From the NCBI GenBank assembly GCA_040755995.1, contig JBFMAF010000035.1:64001-128000 (forward strand): 64,000 nt of DNA, in the 5' to 3' direction. This document shows, piece by piece, positions 26,493-36,271 of the stretch (position 1 is the stretch's first letter; each line of letters starts with the position of its first letter). The translations under genes and the position numbers were made by a program. The DNA is from Acidobacteriota bacterium (GTDB taxonomy: Bacteria > Acidobacteriota > CAIWXX01). Under the pieces are notes generated by a model that made no database searches, was not told the DNA's origin, and was given only the letters and a program-made list of their open reading frames with translations.

Positions 26493-29400
26493 ATGATGAG
26501 CCTTTGGAAACGATTCTTCGGGAAGAAGGAACCAAGCGCCCGTAGGCTGGAATCGAACAGGTCCACGGCCATTCAGTCGGGTGTGCCTGTCACGGCGTCT
26601 GGCGACGGTGCGAATCCATCCCGGCCCGGCACTGCAGCTGTTCCCCCGCAGTCCCAGGTCTCGGGACTTGCGGGAACTCCGCTCACGGGTCCCGGTTCGG
26701 CGCCCGTCGCTGGCAACCGGCGCATCCGCGTCTTCGTCTCCTCCACATTCCGCGACATGGTCGAGGATCGCAACCAGCTGATGACCCACGCATGGCCGGC
26801 GCTTCGCCGGCTTTGCCGGGAACGTCAGGTAGAATTCGTCGAGGTGGACTTGCGCTGGGGCATCACCGAAGCCCAGAGCACTCGCAGGGAAACTCTCAAG
26901 CTCTGTCTCGATGAGATTCGTGCCTGCCGCCCCTTTTTCATCTGTATGCTGGGCGAGCGATACGGCTGGGTCCCCGGAGACGATGCCTTCACGGAGGACT
27001 TGAAGGAGGAACAGCCCTGGCTTGCCGGCCTACGAGGGAAGAGCGTGACCGAGATGGAAATCCTCCACGGCGTGCTCAACAATCCCGAGATGGTTCAGCG
27101 CACCTTCTTCTACTTCCGCGATCCGGCCTACGCCAAGACACGGGGCTCCGACTACCTCTCCGATACTGAGGCGGATGCCGAAAAGCACGAGGCTCTCAAG
27201 GCGCTGATCCGCGACGTTTGCAGGACAAGGCACATTCCGCTCCGCGAGAACTACGCGGACCCAGGGCAGCTGGCTGCCATGGTGCTGGCGGATCTCTCGG
27301 CTGCGGTCGAGGCTCAGTTTCCCAAGGAAAGCATCCCAGACCCACTGAGCAAAGCAGCTCAGGAGCATGAGGCTTTCGCGGAAACCCGCCGCCGCACGTA
27401 CGTTGGGCGGGCGGAGTACTTCGAGGCGCTCGATCGACATGCCGTCAGCGGGGGGGGCCCGCTGGTCCTTCTCGGTGACTCGGGCAGCGGCAAATCCGCC
27501 CTTCTGGCCAACTGGTTGGCGCACTGGCGCCAAGGGCATCCGGAGGACTTCGTGGTGCAGCAATACGTCGGCGGCACTGCAGACAGCGCCAACCACTGGT
27601 GGTTGATGGGAAGGGTCATCGCAGAAATCAAGCGGTGGAGCGAGGACCCCGAGGCTCAGCCCAGCACGTGCGACGATATCCGCAGGGACTTCCCCCTCTG
27701 GCTGGCCAAGGCCAGGGCCAGGGCGGCGCACAAAGGCGTGCGCCTCATACTGGTGCTCGATGCGCTCAACCAGCTCGACGACCAGGACCACGCGCGGCTG
27801 CTCGGCTGGCTCCCGGAGCACCCATTCAGCGGCCCGTTGCGGCTGGTCGTCTCCACCTTGCCGGGCAAGTCCGGAGAGGACGATCCACTGTCGGCGATTC
27901 GCAAGCGTGGCTGGCAGGAGCTGCACATCGAGCCGCTGACGGTGGAAGAGCGCCGGCGGCTGATCGTCGACTACCTCGCCCGCTTCGGCAAGACCCTGGA
28001 TGAGCATCGCCTGGTCCGTTTGGCCTCGGCTGCCTCTGCCGACAACCCCCTGTATCTCAAGATTCTCCTGGATGATCTCCGTGTCACGGGGACCCATGAG
28101 CGCCTCCATCAGCGCCTCACTGACTACCTCGCCGCCACCGACATCCCGTCCCTGTTGCAGCAGGTGCTCGATCGCTATCAGCGCGACTACGAGCGCGACC
28201 GCCCGGGCCTTGTAGCGGATGTTCTGGGCCTCATCTTCGCGTCCCGGCGAGGGCTCTCGGAAACAGAGCTTCTGCAACTACTGCGACCCGCCGATCAGGC
28301 GCAACTGCCGCCGGCCATCTGGACGCTGCTGCGGGCTGCACTGGAGGACTCCCTGGTGGATCGCGGTGGGATACTCAACTTCGCCCATGAATTCCTTCGT
28401 AGAGCCGTGGGCAGAACCTTCGCGATAGATGAGAAGCGCTCCGCCACCCTGCGCCTGCAACTGGCCGACTACTTCGAGGCGCAGCCCATCACGGAGCGCT
28501 CTTGCGACGAACTACCCTGGCTCCTGAAGGAGACAGCCTCGCTCGACCGCCTCCGGAGCTGCCTGCTTCACATCGACCGTTTCCTCCTGATCAAGGAGCG
28601 CGACGAGCAGGAACTGCGCCGCTACTGGATCGAGGAACTGCGGGAGCGGCAGACGATGGGGAAGGCCTACCTCTCGAGCTTCGAAAGCTGGTCTGCGGAA
28701 TCGGGCCCCAGCGAACAGCGTATAGCGTTCGCGGCCAACGAGCTTGGTCTCTTCCTGCTTGATGCATCCCTTCACGCCGAGGCCGAGCCGCTCATGCGCC
28801 GCGCCCTAGAGACCGACGAGCGCGTATTCGGGGAAGACGAAGCTCCTGTCGGCAGGGATCTCAATGGCCTCGCCCTGTTGCTTAAGGCCACCAACCGGCT
28901 CGATGAGGCAGAGCGGTACATGCGCCGTGCAATTGACGTCTGTGAGTGGAGCTGTGGCGAGGGCCACCTAATGGCCGCCACAAGCCTCAACAACCTGGCG
29001 GGGTTGCTCGTGGATCGCGGTCGGCCAGAGGAGGCCAAACCGCTCATGCGCCGCGCCCTGGAGATAGATGAACTGAGCCTCGGAAAGGACCACCCAGTTG
29101 TCGCGAATGATCTAAACAACTTGGCAGGATTGCTGCATGAAACCGGCCACATCGCCGAGGCCGAACCGCTCATGCGCCGCGCCCTCGACATTCTTGAACG
29201 TGGTTTGGGGGAACACCACCCGGATGTCGGCAGAGTTTCGAACAATCTGGCACAGTTGCTACAGGATCGCGGACGGGGTCGCGAGGCCGAATCACTCATG
29301 CGGCGAGCCATCGAAATCGATGAACTGAGCTTCGGTGAAGATCATCCCTCCGTGGCCAGAGACATCAACAACTTGGTGGGTTTGCTCATCGATACCGGTC

Positions 29401-29984
29401 AGATCGAGGAAGCAGACCAGCTGATGCGCCGACCCCTCGAAATCGCCGAACGCTGTTTCGACGAACACCATCCGGTGGTCGCAAGATGCATCAACAACTT
29501 GGTACAGGCACTTCTGGCTACCAGCCAACTCGATGAGGCGCTACGCTACATGCGCCGCGCACTCGAAATCGCTGAGCACAACCTGGGAAAGTCCCACCCC
29601 GATATCGCCATGCATCTCGACCAAATGGCTTCTGTGCTTTCCAAGACTGGCCAGATCACTGAGGCGGAACATGTCATCCGCCGCGCAGTCGAAATCGCTG
29701 AATACAACCTCGGAGAGGACCACCCTGATGTCGCCACGAGGCTCTACAGACTGGCCGTATTGGTGTCCCTCCACAGCCCAGACAGAGCCGAGCCGCTCTT
29801 GTGCCGCGTGATGGAAATCCACATGAAGCATTCGCAGGCCACAGGGAATACGCGCCCACAACTGAATCAGAGCCTCCAAAACTATCGATTCCTGCTCGAG
29901 CAGCTAGGCTTTTCAGCTGAGCAGATTGCCCTCAAGATCGGCAGCACGGGGCGCAAGTATGGAATAAGGACGCCAGGGTGGTAA
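26493..29984 (+). CDS. NLR-like STAND NTPase: DUF4062-NACHT/AAA-TPR (NPHP3-like architecture)
   Basis: RVFVSSTFRDM, VDLRWG, LGERYGW; GDSGSGKS; LVLDALNQL; 42-aa TPRs (DHP.VA..LNNLA.LL). Confidence 0.92.
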   Translation: MMSLWKRFFGKKEPSARRLESNRSTAIQSGVPVTASGDGANPSRPGTAAVPPQSQVSGLAGTPLTGPGSAPVAGNRRIRVFVSSTFRDMVEDRNQLMTHAWPALRRLCRERQVEFVEVDLRWGITEAQSTRRETLKLCLDEIRACRPFFICMLGERYGWVPGDDAFTEDLKEEQPWLAGLRGKSVTEMEILHGVLNNPEMVQRTFFYFRDPAYAKTRGSDYLSDTEADAEKHEALKALIRDVCRTRHIPLRENYADPGQLAAMVLADLSAAVEAQFPKESIPDPLSKAAQEHEAFAETRRRTYVGRAEYFEALDRHAVSGGGPLVLLGDSGSGKSALLANWLAHWRQGHPEDFVVQQYVGGTADSANHWWLMGRVIAEIKRWSEDPEAQPSTCDDIRRDFPLWLAKARARAAHKGVRLILVLDALNQLDDQDHARLLGWLPEHPFSGPLRLVVSTLPGKSGEDDPLSAIRKRGWQELHIEPLTVEERRRLIVDYLARFGKTLDEHRLVRLASAASADNPLYLKILLDDLRVTGTHERLHQRLTDYLAATDIPSLLQQVLDRYQRDYERDRPGLVADVLGLIFASRRGLSETELLQLLRPADQAQLPPAIWTLLRAALEDSLVDRGGILNFAHEFLRRAVGRTFAIDEKRSATLRLQLADYFEAQPITERSCDELPWLLKETASLDRLRSCLLHIDRFLLIKERDEQELRRYWIEELRERQTMGKAYLSSFESWSAESGPSEQRIAFAANELGLFLLDASLHAEAEPLMRRALETDERVFGEDEAPVGRDLNGLALLLKATNRLDEAERYMRRAIDVCEWSCGEGHLMAATSLNNLAGLLVDRGRPEEAKPLMRRALEIDELSLGKDHPVVANDLNNLAGLLHETGHIAEAEPLMRRALDILERGLGEHHPDVGRVSNNLAQLLQDRGRGREAESLMRRAIEIDELSFGEDHPSVARDINNLVGLLIDTGQIEEADQLMRRPLEIAERCFDEHHPVVARCINNLVQALLATSQLDEALRYMRRALEIAEHNLGKSHPDIAMHLDQMASVLSKTGQITEAEHVIRRAVEIAEYNLGEDHPDVATRLYRLAVLVSLHSPDRAEPLLCRVMEIHMKHSQATGNTRPQLNQSLQNYRFLLEQLGFSAEQIALKIGSTGRKYGIRTPGW

Positions 29985-29990
29985 GAATCA

Positions 29991-30374
29991 ATGAGCCCTA
30001 AACCAAGGATTGCGGACGTGCAAGCGCATTTGATGAAGAAAAGAGGTGAAGGGGACTTCGCCGCCCAGCTGGCCGCCTACGGTGACCTTGGGCGGCTGTG
30101 GAGGCAGCAGGGCGCAGCTGCCAGGGCTGCCGAGAATTTCGAGAAAGCAATCCAAGTGGCCGTTCATCTCGAGAGATCAGACGAAATGTATTCGCTCTAC
30201 GAATCACTGATTTCCGCTCACCAGGATGCCGGCGACATGGATGGCGTCCTCGACGATTACACCATGCTGTTCGCCGCCCGGTCCAGCTGGTTCGCAGGTG
30301 CGAGAAGCCCCCAAGAGCCCGGCGCGGGGGGAAAAGGCACAGGTACTCCAGTGGGTGGTACGCGACCTCGGTGA
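29991..30374 (+). CDS. short TPR-like protein, probably 3' truncated
   Basis: YGDLGRLWRQQG..AENFEKAI TPR-like helices; starts 6 nt after NLR stop; tail runs into the DUF433 remnant. Confidence 0.5.
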   Translation: MSPKPRIADVQAHLMKKRGEGDFAAQLAAYGDLGRLWRQQGAAARAAENFEKAIQVAVHLERSDEMYSLYESLISAHQDAGDMDGVLDDYTMLFAARSSWFAGARSPQEPGAGGKGTGTPVGGTRPR

Positions 30375-30609
30375 CGCCTTCCCAGGTATAGACAGCGTTG
30401 CGGGTGTCTGCGGGGGCGAGCCATGCGTGGTCCGTACCAGGATCCCCGTCTGGCTGCTGGTCCAGGCAAGACAGCTGGGGATGAGCGAAGCGGAAATGCT
30501 GCGCGCCTACCCTACTCTGAGAGCGGAGGATCTGGCGAATGCCTGGGCCTGATATCGCGCTCATCGCGACGAAATCGAGCGGCAGATCCATGAGAACGAA
30601 GAGGCGTGA
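30330..30609 (+). pseudogene. DUF433 antitoxin pseudogene
   Basis: GVCGGEPCVVRTRIPVW..YPTLRAEDLANAWA, in-frame TGA at 30550, then YRAHRDEIERQIHENEEA; 5' end missing. Confidence 0.85.
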
Positions 30610-30669
30610 GTGGCGCGCCTCTACTCCAACGAGAACTTCCCGCTGCCTGCTGTTGAGGAGCTGCGGCGC
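30610..30669 (+). pseudogene. DUF5615 (PIN-like toxin) N-terminal remnant
   Basis: GTG directly after DUF433 stop encodes MARLYSNENFPLPAVEELRR, then similarity ends. Confidence 0.7.
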
Positions 30670-33600
30670 GTGTCGACGATGAAGGGGTTCAAGCGCAACG
30701 GGCGGCTGCAGTGCGGGCAGGAGGTTGCGAGGATGGGGTCTTGCCAGAGGGCGAGCGGTAGATCGAGAGAGGGACAGTGAGGCCCCGCAGTCGCAGGCAC
30801 GACGCCGCGAATGGCTGTGGCGATGTCCGATGGCAACTCGAATCGGCTCAGACACCATGCACAACGCACGGTGACAGCGTCGTCCCATCTGCCGCTCGAG
30901 AAATCAAACGCGATCGATGCCGTGACGGTCGGCAGGCTCAGCTGCAGACCGCGGGGCTCGAAGAAGACGACACGGCCGTCGCGGTCCCCAACTGCCAACA
31001 CCTGGCCGCGCCAAGCCAGCGCAGCGACACTCGCCGGGTGCGCGCAGAGCGCCTCACAGTGGCCGGTGCCCAGATCGAAAACGCGGAGAGTTCTGTCGAG
31101 ATTCCCACAAGCCAGGTAGCGTGCGTCGGCACTCAGCGCGAGGGCAATTGCCGCGTCACCGCCTGCCTGGAGTGTATGCCTGCACTGGCCAGTCCGGACG
31201 TCCCATACGCGAACGCTGCGATCACGACCTCCGGAGGCCAACTGCCGGCCATCCGCTGAGACAACCACGCTCTCGACCCAGCCTGTGTGCCCTTCGAGCA
31301 TCGCGATGGGGTGGCCATCTTCCAGCCGCCAGGAATAGACATTGCCGTTGTCAGTGCCGCAGAAAGCCACACACCCATCCGGCGAGAGCGCCAGGCTGTA
31401 AATCATCCCGTCGGGGCACTCGACAACTGCCCGCGACTGGCCCGTCACGATGTCCCACCACCGCAGCGTACGGTCCCAGCTGCCGCTGACAAGCGACCGG
31501 CCGTCCGGCGTCACGGCGATGCAGCTCACTTCTCCCCTGTGCCCCACGAACTCGCCTTCGCAGTCGCCCGTCGTCGCGTCCCACAGGCGCAGCATGGCGT
31601 CCTTGCTCGCCGAAATCACCTTGGAAGCATCCTGAGTGAATGCGACGGCGAACACCGTACCCGCGTGTCCGGGCAGCATCGCGTTGAGATTGGCGCTCTC
31701 TGTGTCCCAGATTCCGACGAGCATGTCTCTGCCGCCTGATGCGGCCCGCCGCGCGTCAGGTGACAGGGCCACGGTCTCCACCCAGTGTGAGTGTCGAGGC
31801 GAGAAGATCGTCGAGGAGCCATCGTGGATGTCCCATAGTCTTAGCGTGCCGTCCCTTCCCGCGGAAACGCCGAGGCGCCCATCGGCAGAGAGCGAAACGG
31901 CGAGGATCGTCTCGATATGTCCATACAGCACCTTGAGACATCTCCCTCGATCGACATCCCACACACGGACAGTTCTCTCGCTGCCGCCCGTGATGGCCAG
32001 TCGACCGTCGGGAGTCAACGCAGCGCCGTAGACGCGCTGCCTGCCGTGATCCGTCAGCGTATGCCGGCAGCTGCCGTTGAGAAGATCCCAGACTCTCACC
32101 GTTCCGTCGGCACCGGCTGAAACCGCCATCGATCCGTCGTGACTCACGGCAACTCCGAGCACCTCTGCCGTGTGGCCGGAGAGATCGCATACGAAGCGCC
32201 GACTGGCTCGGTCCCACACACGAATCGTGTGACCGAAGCTCCCCGAGAGGACGCGGGCGCCATCAGGTGTGACGGCGACGGCACTCACCCGGTCGCCATG
32301 CTGATAGAGCGGCAGGACACGGCCGCCTTCCAGTTCCAGGAGGTTGACGCTGCCGTCTGTGCAGCCCGCAACGGCCAACCCACCGTCGGCCGTCACCGCC
32401 AATGAGTGTATGACACTGCCACTCCAATGGATCAGGTGGCGAGGCTCCCCCGTGGAAAGGTCCCATACTCTCACGTGCTTGTCGGTGCTGGCCGCGGTGA
32501 CCGCGTACCGGCCGTCAGGTGTCGCAGCCATGACGGCCACAGACCCGGCGAATCCGCCCCGCGACATGAGACACGAACCGTTGAGCGTGTTCCACACCCG
32601 CATCGTTCGATCCGATCCTCCGGACACCACGCGCGTGCCGTCCAGTGTCACGCCCAATGAGCACACCCAGTCGGAGTGACCGGTGAGCGTGCGCAGTAAC
32701 GCGGGCTGCGGCTGGTGCTCGGGTCGTGAACTCTCAAGCCGCAAGATGGCGGGGTTGCTTGTCTCATCGCCCGCCAGAAGCGCCGCGGCCGCGTCAGCCA
32801 CTGGTCCGCTGCGCGCTGAGCTGTAAGCCTGCTGCACGCCGAATCCGCGCATCGAGCTGAATCGCACGAGCGTGTGGCTCTCGGCGTTGACGAACTGCGC
32901 GAAGCTCCGGATGCGCCCGAGTCGTGTCGGCGCCTTCTCCACCCGTTGGACCACCCCCGTGGTCGTCCTGTCGGCATCCGGCAGGAGTGCTTCGGGAGGT
33001 TGCGGCGCGCTATCCGGAGCGGCTGTGACGCTGTCCGTGCCGCACTCGATCGATTGACGGCATACCGACGCGAGGCTGATCAGCTTCTCGGTGTAGTCTC
33101 TGATGGAGACAGTGCGAGCCGCCTCCGCCTTGCACGATGCCTCAGCCTCGGGCAGCGCATCCAGAACGTGCCGGTAGTCATCGATCAGGTCGTAGGTGCC
33201 GCCGGCCGCGCAGCGCGCCTGAATGTAGCGCAAGTCGGTCAGCAGAGCTTCCAGTTCGTCCCATCGCCTTGCCTCGCGCAGATGGGCAGGGAGATGCGCC
33301 AATGCATACTCGGAGAGGCTGTGCGTGCCGGACCGATATTCTTGCCACCCGCGGTCGGCCAGCCGTCTGTGACCATCAATCAGGCCCGCGTAGTAAGGTC
33401 CGGCACGGTCAGGCGCGTTCAGCCACTCGAGGAGCGACCGGTGAAACGGCCGCACGCGACCGTCCTCCACACAGAACAGAGACCCCACAGCGCGCAGGAA
33501 TCTCATCTGCGCGCGCTCGTTCCAACCGACCAGAGCCGATAAGTACTCGATCGACAGCGGCTCTCGCGACGCCGAGATCGCGTCCAGGGCGGGCAGCAGA

Positions 33601-35060
33601 TCGCTTTCATACTCGCGAATGTCGGGAAACTGGCGCGTGAAGAATTGCGCGTAGATGCCGCCCAGGCCCTGGGGGAAATCGTCGAGGCGATCCAGAGACA
33701 GCCGCCCCATCGCGAGCTCGCGGCAGATCCACTCGACGTACAGAAAGATCCCTTCGCTGCCGCTGATGATTCGGCGGACCACCGCCGGATCCGGCTTCCT
33801 TCCCACCGCTCGCTCGATCTCCCGCTCCAGATACGCCCTGATATCCGCCTCGTTTTCGGGAACAGCGGCGTCGAGCACGTACGGCGTGAGGCCCTGGAGA
33901 TGAAATGCCACGGCCGGATCCGGGCGGCTCGTGACTATAAGGCGCAGCCAGGCGGGCGTCTTTTGAAACTCGGTGGCCAGAAAGGCCGCGAGCTCGTTTC
34001 GGCCTCCGGCCGTGGCCTCGTCCAGAGCGTCGATCAGGACGACCGCCATGTGATCCGGCTCGGGGAAACCCCGCGCCAGAGGCTGGACGATCAGTTCATC
34101 GAAGAGCGTCTGCGCGTTTGACTCAGGGATGAGCTGTTCCAGGTTGACGGCCTGAAGACGGTCGAAGTAGTCGGGGAGCTGTGAGCCGAGCTGGTAGGCG
34201 ATCGACAACACGGCTCTACGCGGGTCCGCCTTCTGCACGTGGCCGTATCGGCAGAGATGAAACGCCGCGACCTCCCTCCGATGACTGCAAAGCCGGGCCG
34301 CCAGAGCCGTCTTGCCCACGCCGGGCTTGCCCAGGATCCAGAAGACGCGCGATGCCGTTTGGTCGACGAGCCAGGCATCGATTCTGTCGAACACCCACTG
34401 CCTGCCGGTGAAGCGACGGACGTGCGGCAGCAGGTCGGCCTCGAACGGAAGCGGCTGCAGCAAGTTGGCCAGTCGGCCATGGGCACCTTCGAAGGCCGGG
34501 GCTTCGCGATCGAGGACCTCCGTGAGCACCGCGAACTTGCCCTCGTAACGCGTCGAGCCGTCGAGCAGAGGCACGCAGTCCTGCATATCGAGCCACTGGA
34601 TCCGGCAGATGGAGAGCGGCGGCTCGCACCAGACGACCATGACCGGCACGATGGCCAGCCGCCTCTGCAAGGCGCGCGCCATTTCGTTGAGGCAGTACCC
34701 ATCGGGCCTGCGCACGGAGTGTGGAGTCATCAGGAGGACTACCCTGCCTGCCCCTGGTATCTCAGAGGCCCAGTCGAGGCCTTCCTCGATATGCTTCTCC
34801 CAGTCTGCTCCGGGTTTGAGCTTCTCCAGGTCGAACCAGACTGAATGTCCCTGCGCGACAAGGTCTTCTTTCAATCGTTGAGCGACCGATGCGTGTTCGT
34901 CATGCCCGTAGCTCAGGAATATGCGCCGGGAGGGGCGCGGCTTCCCTGCCGAGAACTCATGGCAGCAGTCGACACAGACCTGGACCTGCCGCTTCGGGCT
35001 GAAGTGGAGATTCGGCGAGGCGCACGCGGGGCAGACTGTATCGCCGGGTAGAGCCGCCAT
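30621..35060 (-). CDS. NLR-like STAND NTPase: Zn ribbon-TIR-NACHT/AAA-WD40-Zn ribbon
   Basis: CPAC..CVDC; IFLSYGH, VWFD, YCLNE; GKPGVGKT; VLIDALDE; about 14 GH..WD repeats; CAWC..CPHC. Confidence 0.93.
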   Translation of the reverse strand: MAALPGDTVCPACASPNLHFSPKRQVQVCVDCCHEFSAGKPRPSRRIFLSYGHDEHASVAQRLKEDLVAQGHSVWFDLEKLKPGADWEKHIEEGLDWASEIPGAGRVVLLMTPHSVRRPDGYCLNEMARALQRRLAIVPVMVVWCEPPLSICRIQWLDMQDCVPLLDGSTRYEGKFAVLTEVLDREAPAFEGAHGRLANLLQPLPFEADLLPHVRRFTGRQWVFDRIDAWLVDQTASRVFWILGKPGVGKTALAARLCSHRREVAAFHLCRYGHVQKADPRRAVLSIAYQLGSQLPDYFDRLQAVNLEQLIPESNAQTLFDELIVQPLARGFPEPDHMAVVLIDALDEATAGGRNELAAFLATEFQKTPAWLRLIVTSRPDPAVAFHLQGLTPYVLDAAVPENEADIRAYLEREIERAVGRKPDPAVVRRIISGSEGIFLYVEWICRELAMGRLSLDRLDDFPQGLGGIYAQFFTRQFPDIREYESDLLPALDAISASREPLSIEYLSALVGWNERAQMRFLRAVGSLFCVEDGRVRPFHRSLLEWLNAPDRAGPYYAGLIDGHRRLADRGWQEYRSGTHSLSEYALAHLPAHLREARRWDELEALLTDLRYIQARCAAGGTYDLIDDYRHVLDALPEAEASCKAEAARTVSIRDYTEKLISLASVCRQSIECGTDSVTAAPDSAPQPPEALLPDADRTTTGVVQRVEKAPTRLGRIRSFAQFVNAESHTLVRFSSMRGFGVQQAYSSARSGPVADAAAALLAGDETSNPAILRLESSRPEHQPQPALLRTLTGHSDWVCSLGVTLDGTRVVSGGSDRTMRVWNTLNGSCLMSRGGFAGSVAVMAATPDGRYAVTAASTDKHVRVWDLSTGEPRHLIHWSGSVIHSLAVTADGGLAVAGCTDGSVNLLELEGGRVLPLYQHGDRVSAVAVTPDGARVLSGSFGHTIRVWDRASRRFVCDLSGHTAEVLGVAVSHDGSMAVSAGADGTVRVWDLLNGSCRHTLTDHGRQRVYGAALTPDGRLAITGGSERTVRVWDVDRGRCLKVLYGHIETILAVSLSADGRLGVSAGRDGTLRLWDIHDGSSTIFSPRHSHWVETVALSPDARRAASGGRDMLVGIWDTESANLNAMLPGHAGTVFAVAFTQDASKVISASKDAMLRLWDATTGDCEGEFVGHRGEVSCIAVTPDGRSLVSGSWDRTLRWWDIVTGQSRAVVECPDGMIYSLALSPDGCVAFCGTDNGNVYSWRLEDGHPIAMLEGHTGWVESVVVSADGRQLASGGRDRSVRVWDVRTGQCRHTLQAGGDAAIALALSADARYLACGNLDRTLRVFDLGTGHCEALCAHPASVAALAWRGQVLAVGDRDGRVVFFEPRGLQLSLPTVTASIAFDFSSGRWDDAVTVRCAWCLSRFELPSDIATAIRGVVPATAGPHCPSLDLPLALWQDPILATSCPHCSRPLRLNPFIVDTRRSSSTAGSGKFSLE

Positions 35061-35311
35061 GATGCGAGGATTCTAGGGAAGGTCGCGTGGAGCTGTCAAT
35101 TCGACGGGGCCGCCCCTAACCGGAGGCGCAGAAGACGCTTGACTGCCCGCCTTCTCGTGCCTATGTTGGGGTATCATGTCGCTGGTACAGAGGGGCGCAC
35201 TCGGCCTCATCTCGTGTGGCGCACGCCTGGGTACCTGCATTCTGAGAGAGACATTCCGAGTGCCCGGGCTCGGTTCCTGATCGGACTCTTGCTGGAGCAC
35301 AAGATAGACGT

Positions 35312-35518
35312 GTGGTCGTCCCGAAAACGGAGGTGGCTCGAATGGACAAACCACTGGGGGTCGCGTTCATTTGCGACCATGTCGCCGGCGATGTCGCACT
35401 GAGCTCGGAGCACAACACCTACGCCTGGATCGATCCATCGGAACACGCGGACTACCCTCTGAGCACCTCGATGAAGGAGCAGATAGAGGCCTATCTGGGG
35501 AGCCAGCGGCGCTCGTAG
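35312..35518 (+). pseudogene. NUDIX hydrolase C-terminal fragment
   Basis: VAFIC..GDVALSSEHNTYAWI resembles the NUDIX C-terminus; no NUDIX box seen. Confidence 0.5.
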
Positions 35519-35534
35519 CGCAGCCGCGAATGCC

Positions 35535-35858
35535 ATGATAGAGATGGTGGACACGGCGCCGCGCAAGGTAGCGGTGCATCCGCAGTCCGACTGGGCGCAG
35601 CGGCCACTCGAGCTCACGCCCGAGGAAGTGGAGCTTCTGGCCAGGATGGAGCATACGCGCTGGTGCGACGAGCGTCGTGCAGCCGGCTGGCGCTACGCAC
35701 CGCCGCCGAAGAACGTCGAGAAGAAGCCCAGCCCGTATCTGGTGGCGTGGGAAAAGGCTGGCGAGAAGACAAAGGACATCGATCGGGATGCTGTGCGCTC
35801 CATCCCCGCAACACTGGCGCAAGCGGGGTTTCAGGTGTATCGACGTAGAAGTAGATAG
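35535..35858 (+). CDS. stand-alone RyR-domain protein or fragment
   Basis: LARMEHTRW..R..GWRY, PYLVAW, KDIDR. Confidence 0.8.
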   Translation: MIEMVDTAPRKVAVHPQSDWAQRPLELTPEEVELLARMEHTRWCDERRAAGWRYAPPPKNVEKKPSPYLVAWEKAGEKTKDIDRDAVRSIPATLAQAGFQVYRRRSR

Positions 35859-36203
35859 GGATCAGTCCGCTTTGAGAAGGAGTGTTGCGGTTCTCGAGTG
35901 CAGCAGACGCGGAGACACAGCACCAGTTCACAAGATGACGACCACAACCTGTTGGGGTCACCCACACTGAACGCGGATACACGTGTGAAATAAGTAGGAG
36001 GCCGTCATGGAAGCGCGGAACACCGACTCCAAGTCAGCCGGCCAGGAATGGGCGCAGAAACCGATCGCCACGTACCGATCGCGGCTGGGGGATTGCGAGG
36101 GGTTTGCCGGGGTGCTGAAGGCGGTGCTGGAGCCGGTCGCTGAAAAGCTGGCTCCACAGGCCTACCCATCGGCTGCGGCTCCGGATCGTAGCGCCCCTCG
36201 CCC

Positions 36204-36232
36204 TTGCCGCTCTGCGGCGGCTTTGGTATAAG
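36204..36232 (+). promoter_or_regulatory. sigma-70-like promoter
   Basis: TTGCCG-17 bp-TATAAG with TG extension. Confidence 0.55.
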
Positions 36233-36271
36233 CTGCGGAGGAGATCGACTCTTACCGGATAGGAGGAATTC

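Noticed and set aside
36007..36231. 74-aa ORF with AGGAGG RBS
   Set aside because: No recognisable family and it overlaps the downstream promoter; cannot be supported as a gene
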